Below are positions 40,104 to 49,984 of a DNA stretch of 64,000 bases, piece by piece. The notes under the pieces are model-generated. The model worked only from the letters and a program-made list of their open reading frames with translations, ran no database searches and had not been told where the DNA came from. Both the position numbers and the translations under genes were made by a program. The DNA is from Chloroflexota bacterium. Lineage in GTDB: Bacteria > Chloroflexota > Dehalococcoidia > Lucifugimonadales > JADFKI01. How positions within the stretch are numbered: the stretch's first letter is position 1; each line of letters begins with the position of its first letter. Location of the stretch: positions 1 to 64,000 of the forward strand of contig JAQBUT010000019.1 of the NCBI GenBank assembly GCA_027623195.1, written 5' to 3'.

Positions 40104-40988
40104 GTGGCAACCGCAGATACGGTTATAGCTCAACCCAGTGGTGCTTCGTCAACCTGGAAAAAATTCCGGGAATTGCGATTGCCCTGGTTCCCTATCGTAA
40201 TCCTGTCGTTCATCGTCTTCCTCGCAATATTTGCGCAGGTTCTGGCACCCCATGATCCAAAAAAGAACGATATTCTACAAAGGCTCAACCCTCCTTTCGT
40301 TACCACCGAAAATATCCTCGGAACGGACGGCCTTGGTAAGGATGTTCTCAGCCGTCTTATTTTCGGCGCTCGCACCATAATGAAGGTGACTGTCCCAGCG
40401 ATGCTCGTGGCAATTCTGGTAGGCACTACGGTCGGCCTTGTCGCAGGATACGCCGGTAAGTGGGTTGATTCATTACTGATGCGTATAACGGACGCTGTGA
40501 TGGGCTTCCCCTCTATTCTAGTGGCTTTGCTCATTGTGAGCCTGGTAGGTACGGGGCTGGTGCCTGTCTTATTCGCAGTCACAGCAACAACTTGGGCTAG
40601 ATTCGCTCGTATGATTCGTGGCGAAGTCCTCTCAACAAGAGACCGGGATTTCGTGGTCTTGGCCCGGATTTCTGGCGTGTCACCAGCCATGATAATCTGG
40701 CGGCACCTGTTTCCCAACGTCGTAAATACATTAATGGTAATCACCAGCATCACCGTGGGACAGGTTATCCTCCTGGTCGCCTCACTAAGCTTCCTGGGCC
40801 TGGGCCTAAAACCCGGTGAGCCTGCATGGGGCGTCATGGTGGCTGAAGGTAGAAATTATATTAACGGCAACGGCTGGTGGCTTTCTCTGTTCCCCGGCAT
40901 TGTCATCACGGTTGTAGTTATGGCATTTAATCTCCTGGGCGATTGGCTGCGAGACTTCCTGGACCCGAAGTTGCGCCGCTCTCGCTAA
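40104..40988 (+). CDS. ABC permease DppC/OppC-like
   Basis: LGTDGLGKD, SLSFLGLG, WGVM, LGDWLRDFLDPK. Confidence 0.94.
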   Translation: MATADTVIAQPSGASSTWKKFRELRLPWFPIVILSFIVFLAIFAQVLAPHDPKKNDILQRLNPPFVTTENILGTDGLGKDVLSRLIFGARTIMKVTVPAMLVAILVGTTVGLVAGYAGKWVDSLLMRITDAVMGFPSILVALLIVSLVGTGLVPVLFAVTATTWARFARMIRGEVLSTRDRDFVVLARISGVSPAMIIWRHLFPNVVNTLMVITSITVGQVILLVASLSFLGLGLKPGEPAWGVMVAEGRNYINGNGWWLSLFPGIVITVVVMAFNLLGDWLRDFLDPKLRRSR

Positions 40989-41029
40989 CCCAGAACTACT
41001 TGATACATTAATCGGGAAGGAAATCCGCA

Positions 41030-42007
41030 TTGCAGGAAGACCCAGTCCTAAAAGTAGAAGACTTAAAAACACACTTCTTTACACGTTCCGGCGTTGTTAA
41101 AGCTGTGGACGGCATCAGTTTCGAGGTACGTCGGGGCGAGACCCTGGGTATCGTCGGTGAGTCGGGCTCCGGCAAGAGCATGACGGCCTGGTCCATCCTT
41201 GGCATGGTGCCTCAACCCGCTGGAAAGATCGTCGGCGGAAAGATAATGTACCTCGGTGAGAACTTGCTGGAAAAAGACGCGAATGAAATGCGGGAAATCC
41301 GGGGCAAAGGGATCTGCATGGTCATGCAGGATCCGCTAACGTCCTTGAACCCTGTGTTCACCGTTGGCAACCAGATTCTAGAGTCCTTGAAAATGGATTA
41401 CCAGGAGCCCAAGTCCTCCCTGGTAGAGAGGGCTGTGAAGCTCCTGGCTAACGTGAGGATTCCCGCCCCCGAATCGCGAATGTCAGTCTTCCCGCATCAG
41501 ATGAGCGGCGGTATGCGCCAACGCGTGGTGGGCGCCATTGCCATGTCTCGCTCCCCCAACGTGCTGATCGCAGACGAGCCGACTACTTCTCTAGACGCCA
41601 CAATTCAGTTGCAGTACCTTCGCCTACTCAAGGAAATTCAGGCAGAAACAGGCGCTGCTATTCTGTTTATAACCCATGACTTTGGCGTGGTTGCCCGCAT
41701 GTGCGACCGCGTAGCCGTCATGTACGCCGGCAAGATCGTAGAGCAGGCGGATGTTTTGGAACTGTTCGACAATCCCAAGCACCCGTACACCCAGGCCCTG
41801 CTGAAGTCGGTGCCCGACCTCGACGAGGAGGTGGACTTCCTGCCGTCGATTGAAGGCCAGCCGCCAACCCTGGACAATCTACCAGTGGGCTGTGCCTTCG
41901 CGCCACGCTGTCCATACGTATTCGACAAATGCAATGAGTATCCAACCGAGTTCACTGCGGGGCAGGATCACGTCGCTAGTTGCTGGAGGCTTGAAGGTGC
42001 AAACTAA
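41030..42007 (+). CDS. ABC ATPase DppD/OppD-like
   Basis: GESGSGKS, MSGGMRQR, ADEPTT, C-terminal Cys cluster. Confidence 0.95.
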   Translation: MQEDPVLKVEDLKTHFFTRSGVVKAVDGISFEVRRGETLGIVGESGSGKSMTAWSILGMVPQPAGKIVGGKIMYLGENLLEKDANEMREIRGKGICMVMQDPLTSLNPVFTVGNQILESLKMDYQEPKSSLVERAVKLLANVRIPAPESRMSVFPHQMSGGMRQRVVGAIAMSRSPNVLIADEPTTSLDATIQLQYLRLLKEIQAETGAAILFITHDFGVVARMCDRVAVMYAGKIVEQADVLELFDNPKHPYTQALLKSVPDLDEEVDFLPSIEGQPPTLDNLPVGCAFAPRCPYVFDKCNEYPTEFTAGQDHVASCWRLEGAN

Positions 42008-43007
42008 CGGAAGTACCGGTACAGCCAACATAATCCGATTGGATGGAATTAAAAAGCATTACCCAGTGCTCAAGGGCATCGTATTCCAAAAGACCGTAGG
42101 CTTGGTAAAGGCCGTAGATGGCATATCTCTAGCCATACCAGAAGGTCAGACGTACAGCCTGGTCGGCGAGTCCGGCTGCGGAAAAACCACTACCTCCCGC
42201 CAGGTCCTTATGGTGGAGAAACCCACTGAGGGCGAAATCTACTTCCAGGGCAAGGCCATGGGAGAATTTAGCAACAGCGAACGGAGGGAGTTCCACTCGT
42301 CGGTGCAGGCAGTCTTCCAGGATCCCTGGAGCTCCCTGAATCCTAGAATGCGAGTCGATAGCATTGTCTCAGAACCTCTGATTACCCACCAAAACCTGAC
42401 CAAACAAGAGGTGAAGACGCAGGTAGGCGAGCTCCTAGAGGTCGTGGGTCTCCACGCGTTCCATGCGGAGCGCTACCCTCACGAATTTAGCGGTGGCCAA
42501 CGTCAGCGCATCGCCATTGCACGCGCGCTCTCTACACGACCCAAGCTCATAGTTCTGGACGAGCCTGTGTCCGCTTTGGACGTGTCCATTCGTGCCCAGA
42601 TACTTAACCTGCTCAAGGAGCTGCAGAAGACTTTCAATCTAAGCTATCTGCTGATTGCTCACAACCTGGCAACGGTCCGGTACATGAGCCACCGAGTTGG
42701 CGTGATGTACCTGGGCAAGATAATCGAAGAGGCCTCTCCCGGGGACATTTTCACCAATCCGCTCCACCCATATACCAAGGCGCTGATTTCAGCGTCGCTG
42801 CCGGCTCATCCCAACCAGCAGCGTGAGGAGATCGTCTTGACCGGCGAGGTTCCATCGCCACTTAATCCACCGGGGGGCTGCACATTCCATCCCAGGTGCC
42901 CAGTGGCCTTCGAGCCATGCTCAAGCCAAATTCCCGTGATTCAGGAAGTCACGCCTAGCCACCTAGTAAACTGCCACCTGTTCACAGGCGCAGAGGCTCC
43001 AAACTAA
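41997..43007 (+). CDS. ABC ATPase DppF/OppF-like
   Basis: GESGCGKT, FSGGQRQR, GCTFHPRC; GTG at 41997 with GGAGG RBS. Confidence 0.94.
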   Translation: MQTNGSTGTANIIRLDGIKKHYPVLKGIVFQKTVGLVKAVDGISLAIPEGQTYSLVGESGCGKTTTSRQVLMVEKPTEGEIYFQGKAMGEFSNSERREFHSSVQAVFQDPWSSLNPRMRVDSIVSEPLITHQNLTKQEVKTQVGELLEVVGLHAFHAERYPHEFSGGQRQRIAIARALSTRPKLIVLDEPVSALDVSIRAQILNLLKELQKTFNLSYLLIAHNLATVRYMSHRVGVMYLGKIIEEASPGDIFTNPLHPYTKALISASLPAHPNQQREEIVLTGEVPSPLNPPGGCTFHPRCPVAFEPCSSQIPVIQEVTPSHLVNCHLFTGAEAPN

Positions 43008-43040
43008 GAGCTAGGGGGCAAAATAGCCCAACACTTTAGA

Positions 43041-45002
43041 CTAAAGTTCTCGGCCTATCTTGTGACCTTCATACACTGCAGCCTCCACCGTGCGAGGCTG
43101 CAGGCAATCCCCAATGGCATGCAGGTCAGCGACTGACCCTTGGAGTGTCCGGAATAGCTGATCGTTGGCCACACCACCCGACGCAAACACCACCGTGTCC
43201 ACGCCCTCGATCACACCCGTTGCATCGGTGAACACTGCGTTAAAAGTGGATACCGTGCTCTCGCCTATAGCCGACACACCCGTCATTGGCGACATCCTCA
43301 CTCCCTGCCGCAGTAACTCCTCATACAGGTGGCGCCAAACGCCCGCCTGAATGTTCTCCCCCACATATGGCATGCCTGTAATAATCTCGACGTCCTTACC
43401 CTGCTTTGACAGATAGTTGGCAACGTCGCAACCCAGCCTCATACCCTGGGTGTCTATGATAACCACGCGGTCTCCCACCATTACGTCAGTTTCCAGCACC
43501 TGCCGCGCCGTTAGAACGTTGCCTCCTTCGGCGCCAGGAATCTGAGGCACATGTGGGAATGAGCCGGTAGCTATGACAACCGCATCCGCCGCCTCAGACC
43601 TCACCAGATCCGACGTTACCTCCGTATTCAGGCGCACTTCTACCTTGAGTCTCCTTAGCTGTCCGGCCATGTATCGGGCTATCTCTCCGAACTCCATACG
43701 ACCTGGCGCAGAAGCGGCGACGTTGATCTGTCCCCCGAGCCGGTCCGACCGCTCAACCAGCACTACCTGGTGTCCTCGTTCAGCAGCGACCCTGGCCGCT
43801 TCCATGCCCGCCGGACCTCCCCCGACCACCAGCACTCGCTTCGGTGAAGCGGCAGGCGCAAAGTCACCCCACTGCCCTTCCCTGCCCGAGGCAGGATTGT
43901 AGATGCAGGTGATAGGCAAACCTACCGCCTGGTGACCTTTGCAGCTCTGGTTGCAAGCGACGCAGGGTCGAATATCCTCGAGCAGACCCTCCCTGGCCTT
44001 TCGGGGGTAGTGCGCGTCGGCGATCAGCTCTCTGGCCATCCCTACCATGTCCATCTGTCCCTCCGCTATCATGCGCTCGGACAAGGCGGGGCTGTTCATT
44101 CGTCCGGCTCCAACCACCGGCAATTTCGATACCGTTTTCATTTCCGCAGCCAGACCAGCGAACTCACCTGGTTTGTAATAGTGCGAGGGGATGATATTGG
44201 CCGCGCTGTCCAGGTCGTAGTTGGTGCCCGCGGATACGCTCACGTAGTCCAGACTACCGGTCGCTTCCAGCAGCGGAACGATACCCTTCAGGTCCGCCAT
44301 GCTAAGCCCGTAATCAAGGTAGTCCTCCGTAACTCGTATGCCGAGAATCAGATCGTCGCCCAACTGTCGCCTTGATGCGGCGATAATTTCGTATGCGAAC
44401 GTTAACCTCTTTTCGAAAGACCCACCGTACTTATCATTCCTCTTGTTGCTGGCTTCCGCGAGAAACTGGGGGATGATATTTCCAAAGGCGATGGACAGTT
44501 CGACTCCGTCCGCGCCAGAGGCCCGCACCCGACGGGCCGCTTCCCCAAAGGCGAAAACGAGTTCTTCAACCTCAGCAGTGGACATCTCGTGGGGCATCAT
44601 CTGCCCGAAGTGGAGAGACGGCGCGGGTATGGCCGATGGCGCGACCGAAATCTGCTCCAGAACTCCGCCTGGGCTTGGCGCCCGTCTGCCGGCATGGGTG
44701 GCCTGCACCAGAATGGGCACGTCAAACTCATGAACGGCGCTTGCGATACGACTGAGCATCGGAATAACATCGTCTGTAAACAGATGCAGTGGGGCAACGC
44801 CCGTTGGGTGAACGCTGGCCGCCTCGGATATAATCATGCCCACCCCGCCCCTGGCCCGCTCGCGATAGAAATGAAGGTGTCGTTCGGTGAATCGGCCTTG
44901 CTGCTCAAATACCGTGGCGTGGCCAGTACATACGATGCGATTGGCAATAGTCATCCTGCCCACCTGAATAGGGCTGAACAAATTGGGATACTCTGAAGTC
45001 AT
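43041..45002 (-). CDS. OYE/FadH-type NADH:flavin oxidoreductase with Fe-S and FAD domains
   Basis: TIM-barrel RNDKYGGS, CVACNQSC...C cluster, VGGGPAGMEAA. Confidence 0.92.
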   Translation of the reverse strand: MTSEYPNLFSPIQVGRMTIANRIVCTGHATVFEQQGRFTERHLHFYRERARGGVGMIISEAASVHPTGVAPLHLFTDDVIPMLSRIASAVHEFDVPILVQATHAGRRAPSPGGVLEQISVAPSAIPAPSLHFGQMMPHEMSTAEVEELVFAFGEAARRVRASGADGVELSIAFGNIIPQFLAEASNKRNDKYGGSFEKRLTFAYEIIAASRRQLGDDLILGIRVTEDYLDYGLSMADLKGIVPLLEATGSLDYVSVSAGTNYDLDSAANIIPSHYYKPGEFAGLAAEMKTVSKLPVVGAGRMNSPALSERMIAEGQMDMVGMARELIADAHYPRKAREGLLEDIRPCVACNQSCKGHQAVGLPITCIYNPASGREGQWGDFAPAASPKRVLVVGGGPAGMEAARVAAERGHQVVLVERSDRLGGQINVAASAPGRMEFGEIARYMAGQLRRLKVEVRLNTEVTSDLVRSEAADAVVIATGSFPHVPQIPGAEGGNVLTARQVLETDVMVGDRVVIIDTQGMRLGCDVANYLSKQGKDVEIITGMPYVGENIQAGVWRHLYEELLRQGVRMSPMTGVSAIGESTVSTFNAVFTDATGVIEGVDTVVFASGGVANDQLFRTLQGSVADLHAIGDCLQPRTVEAAVYEGHKIGREL

Positions 45003-45117
45003 TGAATGATCTCCCTGCGAAAGATGTCAGGTCTGACGGCAACCTTGGCATATGCTAAGGCCAGCTATATAATCGTGCAAACAAAAACCTGTCCTGCAAC
45101 AGAAAAAGAGGTGTATT

Positions 45118-46038
45118 ATGGCCAGCCCAGAACTGAACGACATACTTCAGATGCTAAAAGATCGCGCTCAGGCCGGGGCTGCTAATCCTCCAACCTTGGC
45201 AGAGAAAAGAGCCGGGGCCGAAGCCGGCGGCAAGGCCTTCGAAGACCTGTCCGGCATCACCACTGAGGCCGTGGATGCAAACGGCGTTCCATCCGAATGG
45301 GTTGTGGCAACCAACGCCGACCCCAATCGCACCATGCTTTATTTGCATGGCGGCGGATACGTCATCGGCTCCATAGTCAGCCATCGAGGCCTTGCGGCCA
45401 GCCTGTCCAAGTCGGCCCGAGCCCGCGTCTTGAGCGTCGACTATCGGCTGGCGCCAGAGCACAAGTTTCCTGCAGCCGTGGACGACGCCATTGCTTCATA
45501 CCGCTGGCTTCTGGATTCCGGCGTGGACCCTGCCAACACCGTGATTGGCGGCGACTCTGCCGGCGGCGGTCTTGCTGTGGCAGCCCTGGTCGCCATCAAG
45601 GAAGCAGGCCTGCCAATGCCTGGCGCTGGCATTTGTTTGTCGCCCTGGGTAGACATGGAGGCCTTGGGTGAGTCCTACGTAACCCGTGCAGCCCTCGACC
45701 CCATGCTGACGAGGGAAGGCATTCAGGCATTCGCAAAGGAGTACCTTGGAGACGCTGATCCCAAGTCTCCGCTGGCGTCACCCATATACGCCGACCTTTC
45801 TGGACTGCCGCCTCTGATAATTCAGGTTGGCACGTCCGAGGCGATCTACGACGACGCCACATGGCTCAGAGACCACGCTATGAGGGCTGGCGTAGATGTC
45901 ACATTCGAAGCGTGGGAGGACATGGTACACGTCTGGCAACGCTACGCATCCAAACTACCAGAAGCTCAACTGGCAATGGACAGGCTCGGAGAATTTGTGA
46001 ATGAGAAGCTAGGCTCAGCCGTTACCTCAGCGGACTAG
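45118..46038 (+). CDS. HSL-family esterase/lactone hydrolase
   Basis: HGGGY, GDSAGG, HVW. Confidence 0.92.
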   Translation: MASPELNDILQMLKDRAQAGAANPPTLAEKRAGAEAGGKAFEDLSGITTEAVDANGVPSEWVVATNADPNRTMLYLHGGGYVIGSIVSHRGLAASLSKSARARVLSVDYRLAPEHKFPAAVDDAIASYRWLLDSGVDPANTVIGGDSAGGGLAVAALVAIKEAGLPMPGAGICLSPWVDMEALGESYVTRAALDPMLTREGIQAFAKEYLGDADPKSPLASPIYADLSGLPPLIIQVGTSEAIYDDATWLRDHAMRAGVDVTFEAWEDMVHVWQRYASKLPEAQLAMDRLGEFVNEKLGSAVTSAD

Positions 46039-46068
46039 GGGAAAATAGCGGAGAAACCGAATCAAATA

Positions 46069-47094
46069 ATGACGACATCTATATCGAAAACCTTCAAATT
46101 TGCAGACTACGATGAAGCCCAGGAGTATTACCAGGCTAACGGCCTAACCGACGGTTTGCCCATCGTACCGCCCACAGGGGCTAAGGTGCAGGCGATGCTA
46201 GACGGCGCTGGCCTTCAACCGTCAGACGTAGTGGCGGTGGAGGGCGTGCGTGGCAAGACGTTCGTGGCGGAAACGGTGGCTATCAACGCAGTTATGGCAG
46301 GCTGCAAACCGGAGTACATGCCGGTAATCGTGGCTGCGGTGCAGGCGATATCCGAACCGCAATTCAACTTCCACGCCAACAGCACGTCGACCAACGGCGT
46401 GGGCGTACTGGTCCTGGTCAGCGGACCGATTGCCAATAAGATCGGCATCAACTCCGGCACTGTGCTCATGGGGTACGGATTCCGCGCCAACGCTACGATA
46501 GGTCGTGCTATGGGCCTGCTCAAGATGAATGCCTACGGCTCGGTGCCTCACGACATGGACAAGAGCACGCTAGGTCATCCCGGCCAGTACTCCTTCTGCT
46601 TCGCGGAGGACGACGACGTTATCCCCTGGGAGCCGTTACGCGTTGAGAAGGGCTTCACTACCGACGCCAGCACCGTAACGGTCTTCGCAGCCAACTCGCC
46701 TCTGCAGGTGAGCACACACAACTACAGCCAGCCACCCGAGTTTCTTGCCATCGTATCCCACGCTATTCAGAGTTTGGGACTGGGGTCTTCGGAGGTAGTG
46801 GTTGTTGTAAGCCCTGAAATCCTGGAGTACGTTCGAAGTTCAGGCTGGAGCAAGGCCCAGATCAAAGATTTTGTGTTCAAGAACATCCACCGCACGGGCA
46901 GCGAGTGGAACGCCTATTACCGTACCGAGCATCCATTTTCCGGCGACGACCTGACCACGGGATTCCCCGTCGTGGCCTCGCCGGACCACATTACGCTGGT
47001 TGGAGGCGGTGGCGCGGCAGGGGCTTTTGTATCGATCATAGGCGCATGGGGCGGCGTAAGCTCCGTGACCAAAGAGATATCTACCGGGAGGTAA
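46069..47094 (+). CDS. Conserved hypothetical 'TDGLPIVPPT' protein, partner of the UGSC protein
   Basis: TDGLPIVPPT, AINAVMAGCKPEY, RANATIGRA, GHPGQY motifs; 9 nt upstream of the UGSC gene. Confidence 0.8.
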   Translation: MTTSISKTFKFADYDEAQEYYQANGLTDGLPIVPPTGAKVQAMLDGAGLQPSDVVAVEGVRGKTFVAETVAINAVMAGCKPEYMPVIVAAVQAISEPQFNFHANSTSTNGVGVLVLVSGPIANKIGINSGTVLMGYGFRANATIGRAMGLLKMNAYGSVPHDMDKSTLGHPGQYSFCFAEDDDVIPWEPLRVEKGFTTDASTVTVFAANSPLQVSTHNYSQPPEFLAIVSHAIQSLGLGSSEVVVVVSPEILEYVRSSGWSKAQIKDFVFKNIHRTGSEWNAYYRTEHPFSGDDLTTGFPVVASPDHITLVGGGGAAGAFVSIIGAWGGVSSVTKEISTGR

Positions 47095-47103
47095 TTTTCA
47101 ACA

Positions 47104-47634
47104 ATGGCGGATGAGATTGTGACTCTAGACCCTAGAGACAGTTCCCCTGCAAAGACCGAAGGCATTGCACCCAGGTCTGGCTCGCTGGACGGCAAGGTAG
47201 TAGGCCTGCTTTCCAACAACAAGCCCAACTCCGAGCTTCTGTTGCGAGGCGTGGCTGACCTGCTCAAAGAGAAGTACAACGTAAAAGAGGTTGTAGAGGC
47301 CAACAAGGGCAGCCACCGCATTCCCGCTCCGCCGGAGATGATTGATGACCTGGTGGCTAGGTGCGACGCTATGGTGGTCGCCACTGCCGAATGAGGAAGC
47401 TGCACCTCCTGCTGTATGCAGGACGCTGTAGCCCTAGAACGCAAAGGCATACCTTCCGTGGTGCTTGTTACCAAGCCTTTCAACTCACAGGCCAAAGCCA
47501 TGGCCAACCTCCTGGGCCTGCCGGGGTACGAGTACGCCGTCATAGGCCATCCGATGGGCAGCCTGACCGATGAGCAGGTCCTAGACCGCGCCAAAGAGGC
47601 AATCGACCAGGTCGAGAAGCAGCTAACAGCGTAA
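47104..47634 (+). CDS. UGSC-family selenoprotein, read through TGA 47392-47394
   Basis: ORFs 47104-47394 and 47416-47634 are in frame: ATAE-TGA-GSCTSCCMQDAVALERKGIPSV; GGAGG RBS; hairpin follows the TGA. Confidence 0.92.
47399..47432 (+). promoter_or_regulatory. Putative bacterial SECIS
   Basis: GCTGCA..TCCTGC-TGTAT-GCAGGA..TGTAGC; loop starts 18 nt after the TGA with G in second position. Confidence 0.7.
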
Positions 47635-47661
47635 CACCACGTTAACTCCCCAGAGTATTAA

Positions 47662-47700
47662 CGCCCTGCCGTCGAGAAGAGCATTCCCGACGGCAGGGCG
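47662..47700 (+). terminator. Probable terminator hairpin
   Basis: CGCCCTGCCGTCG ... CGACGGCAGGGCG, 13-bp stem. Confidence 0.75.
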
Positions 47701-47804
47701 TACTTCTATCGTCCCCTTGTGATTGACCTTACCTCGCAGTAATATGCGCATGTACGGCATTGAACTGAGTTCCCGACGCATATTCAAATCGGCAGAGGGC
47801 CAAA

Positions 47805-48560
47805 ATGAAGATAGCTAGATTCCTATGGCAAGGCCAGCCGCAATGGGGAGTGGTCGACGGAGACGAACTGCGAGAGCTCCCGAACGGCCCCTTCGTTGAT
47901 CTTCGGCTGGGCAACGCACTGTGCAAACTGTCTGATGCGAAACTTCTTGCGCCCATCGACCCTTACGGCAACAAGGTCCCTGCCATGGCAGCTAATTACG
48001 GGGAAAAGGCAGGTCGGGACGGCCCAGGCATCTTCATGAAGCAGCCAGGCACCGTCATAGGCCACGGCGAGGCCATCGTCTACCCCAGGTCGTGCACCAA
48101 GGTCGTGCACGAGGCCGAGGTTGGTATCGTCATAGGCAAGGAGGCGCGGCACGTCAGTGTCGAGAATGCATTGGACTACGTGCTTGGCTACACCTGCGTC
48201 AACGATGTGAGCGCCACGGAGATGAAGACCAATGACGTGGGCCGAGGCATGAGCCTGCGCTGGAAACACTTCGACACCTTTTGTCCAATCGGGCCATACG
48301 TCGTGACTAACCTGGATGGCGATAACCTGGGAATTACGTGCCGGGTCAACGGCGAAACGGTGCTTGAAGGCTCCACACGGGACATGCTTTGGGGCATGGC
48401 AGAGGTGGTGAGCTGGACCTCTGAGGTCATGACCCTGTATCCAGGCGACATCATTCCCAGCGGCTGCCCCGGGGTCCTCCCCTTCGAGATCGGCGATATC
48501 GTAGAGGTCGAAATTGAGGGCGTCGGCACACTAAGCAATCCGGTAGTGGCTGATAGTTAG
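47805..48560 (+). CDS. Fumarylacetoacetate hydrolase family protein
   Basis: FMKQPG, HEAEVG, GYTCVNDVSA, KHFDTFCPIGP. Confidence 0.93.
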   Translation: MKIARFLWQGQPQWGVVDGDELRELPNGPFVDLRLGNALCKLSDAKLLAPIDPYGNKVPAMAANYGEKAGRDGPGIFMKQPGTVIGHGEAIVYPRSCTKVVHEAEVGIVIGKEARHVSVENALDYVLGYTCVNDVSATEMKTNDVGRGMSLRWKHFDTFCPIGPYVVTNLDGDNLGITCRVNGETVLEGSTRDMLWGMAEVVSWTSEVMTLYPGDIIPSGCPGVLPFEIGDIVEVEIEGVGTLSNPVVADS

Positions 48561-48575
48561 ATTCAAAGCGCCGTG

Positions 48576-48638
48576 CCCTTCGACAGGCTCAAGGCAAAGG
48601 GTCCCTAAAGCCAATTTTCGTTGTTAGCCCGTCGAACC
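48576..48638. repeat. 63-nt REP-like doublet, copy 1
   Basis: CCCTTCGACAGGCTCAAGGCAAA ... TTCGTTGTTAGCCCGTCGAACC; its reverse complement aligns with 55164-55226. Confidence 0.75.
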
Positions 48639-48709
48639 GCAGCGCCGAAGCCAGCGCATAGACCGCTCTTTAACCATAATTACTCTCAAAAGATTCGGAG
48701 GATGAAGAT

Positions 48710-49927
48710 ATGAGTAAAGCCCTTGAAGGCATACGCGTAATCGATATGACCCATGACCAGGCCGGGCCCTCCTGCACGCAGGTGCTGGCCTGGCTGGGCG
48801 CAGAGGTCATCAAAATCGAAATGGCGGACGGTTACGGCGACCGCGCCCGCCACCTGCGCCGGGACGACCCAAACCTGGACAGCTACTTCTTTCTGGTGCT
48901 GAACAGCAACAAGAAGAGCACTACACTGGACCTGCGAGACCCCAGGGGCAAAGAGATTTTTCGCACACTCATCAAAGACGCTGACATCCTGGCTGAGAAT
49001 CGAGGCCCCGGGGCTATGGATCGGCTGGGCTTCAGCTACGAAGAGATGAGCAAACTCAATCCGAGGCTGGTCTATGCCTCCGTAAAGGGCTTCGGTTCAT
49101 TCGGGCCTTATTCTGACTACAAGTGCTTTGAGCCTATAGCCCAGGCCACTAGTGGCGCACTTAGCGCAACGGGCTTCAGCGACAGACCTCCTGCGTTACT
49201 GGGAGCAAACGTAGGCGACTCCGGCACGGGCATGCACACGGTCATAGGCATCCTGGCCGCACTGGTACAGCGCAATGTGACCGGCAAGGGGCAGATGGTT
49301 GAGGTGGCCATGCAGGAAGCCGTGCTCAACCTGACCCGCGTCCGCTACACTGGAACGCTCTCGGACGGCACTCCTGAGCCGCGACAGGACGACGAGTTCG
49401 CAGGACGTCCCGGCATGGTCGGCGGCCTATTCGCGTGCTCCGAAGGCGGCCCCAATGATTACGTATACATGATGATCCCACCAGAAAACGGGGGCATGTT
49501 CAAGGCGGCCATGGATGTCGTAGGTAGGCAGGACCTCGTTGAAGACACGAGGTTCGACTCCGAGAAGGGCCGGCATGACAACGCAGAGGAGATCATGGTC
49601 GTCGTGCGTGAATGGGCCAAGTCCAAACCCAAGCGAGAGGTGATGGCCGCCTTCGCTGGCAAAGGTGTGCCTTGCGGCGCAGTGTTCGACACGGCAGAGG
49701 TCCTGGCCCACCCGCATTTGAGGGAGCGAGGCATGATAACAGACGTGCAGCACGCAACCAGAGGGACATTCCCAATGATCGGCTGCCCCGTGCGCCTTTC
49801 CGATTCGCCCGTGGAACTGAAGCCAGCTCCCCTTTACGGCGAACACTCAGACGAAGTGTTCACCACTCTGGGAGGCCTAACGCAGCAGCAGGTGGACGAG
49901 TTGCGTAAGGACAAGGTCATCATCTAG
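48710..49927 (+). CDS. Family III CoA-transferase (CaiB/BaiF, formyl-CoA transferase-like)
   Basis: QAGPSCTQ.LAWLGAEVIK, NSNKKS, catalytic GDSGTG. Confidence 0.92.
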   Translation: MSKALEGIRVIDMTHDQAGPSCTQVLAWLGAEVIKIEMADGYGDRARHLRRDDPNLDSYFFLVLNSNKKSTTLDLRDPRGKEIFRTLIKDADILAENRGPGAMDRLGFSYEEMSKLNPRLVYASVKGFGSFGPYSDYKCFEPIAQATSGALSATGFSDRPPALLGANVGDSGTGMHTVIGILAALVQRNVTGKGQMVEVAMQEAVLNLTRVRYTGTLSDGTPEPRQDDEFAGRPGMVGGLFACSEGGPNDYVYMMIPPENGGMFKAAMDVVGRQDLVEDTRFDSEKGRHDNAEEIMVVVREWAKSKPKREVMAAFAGKGVPCGAVFDTAEVLAHPHLRERGMITDVQHATRGTFPMIGCPVRLSDSPVELKPAPLYGEHSDEVFTTLGGLTQQQVDELRKDKVII

Positions 49928-49984
49928 CCCGCCCCGAACGCGGAGTGAAATTACTCATGGGCTCATGATCCAAGAAGGAAAAAA

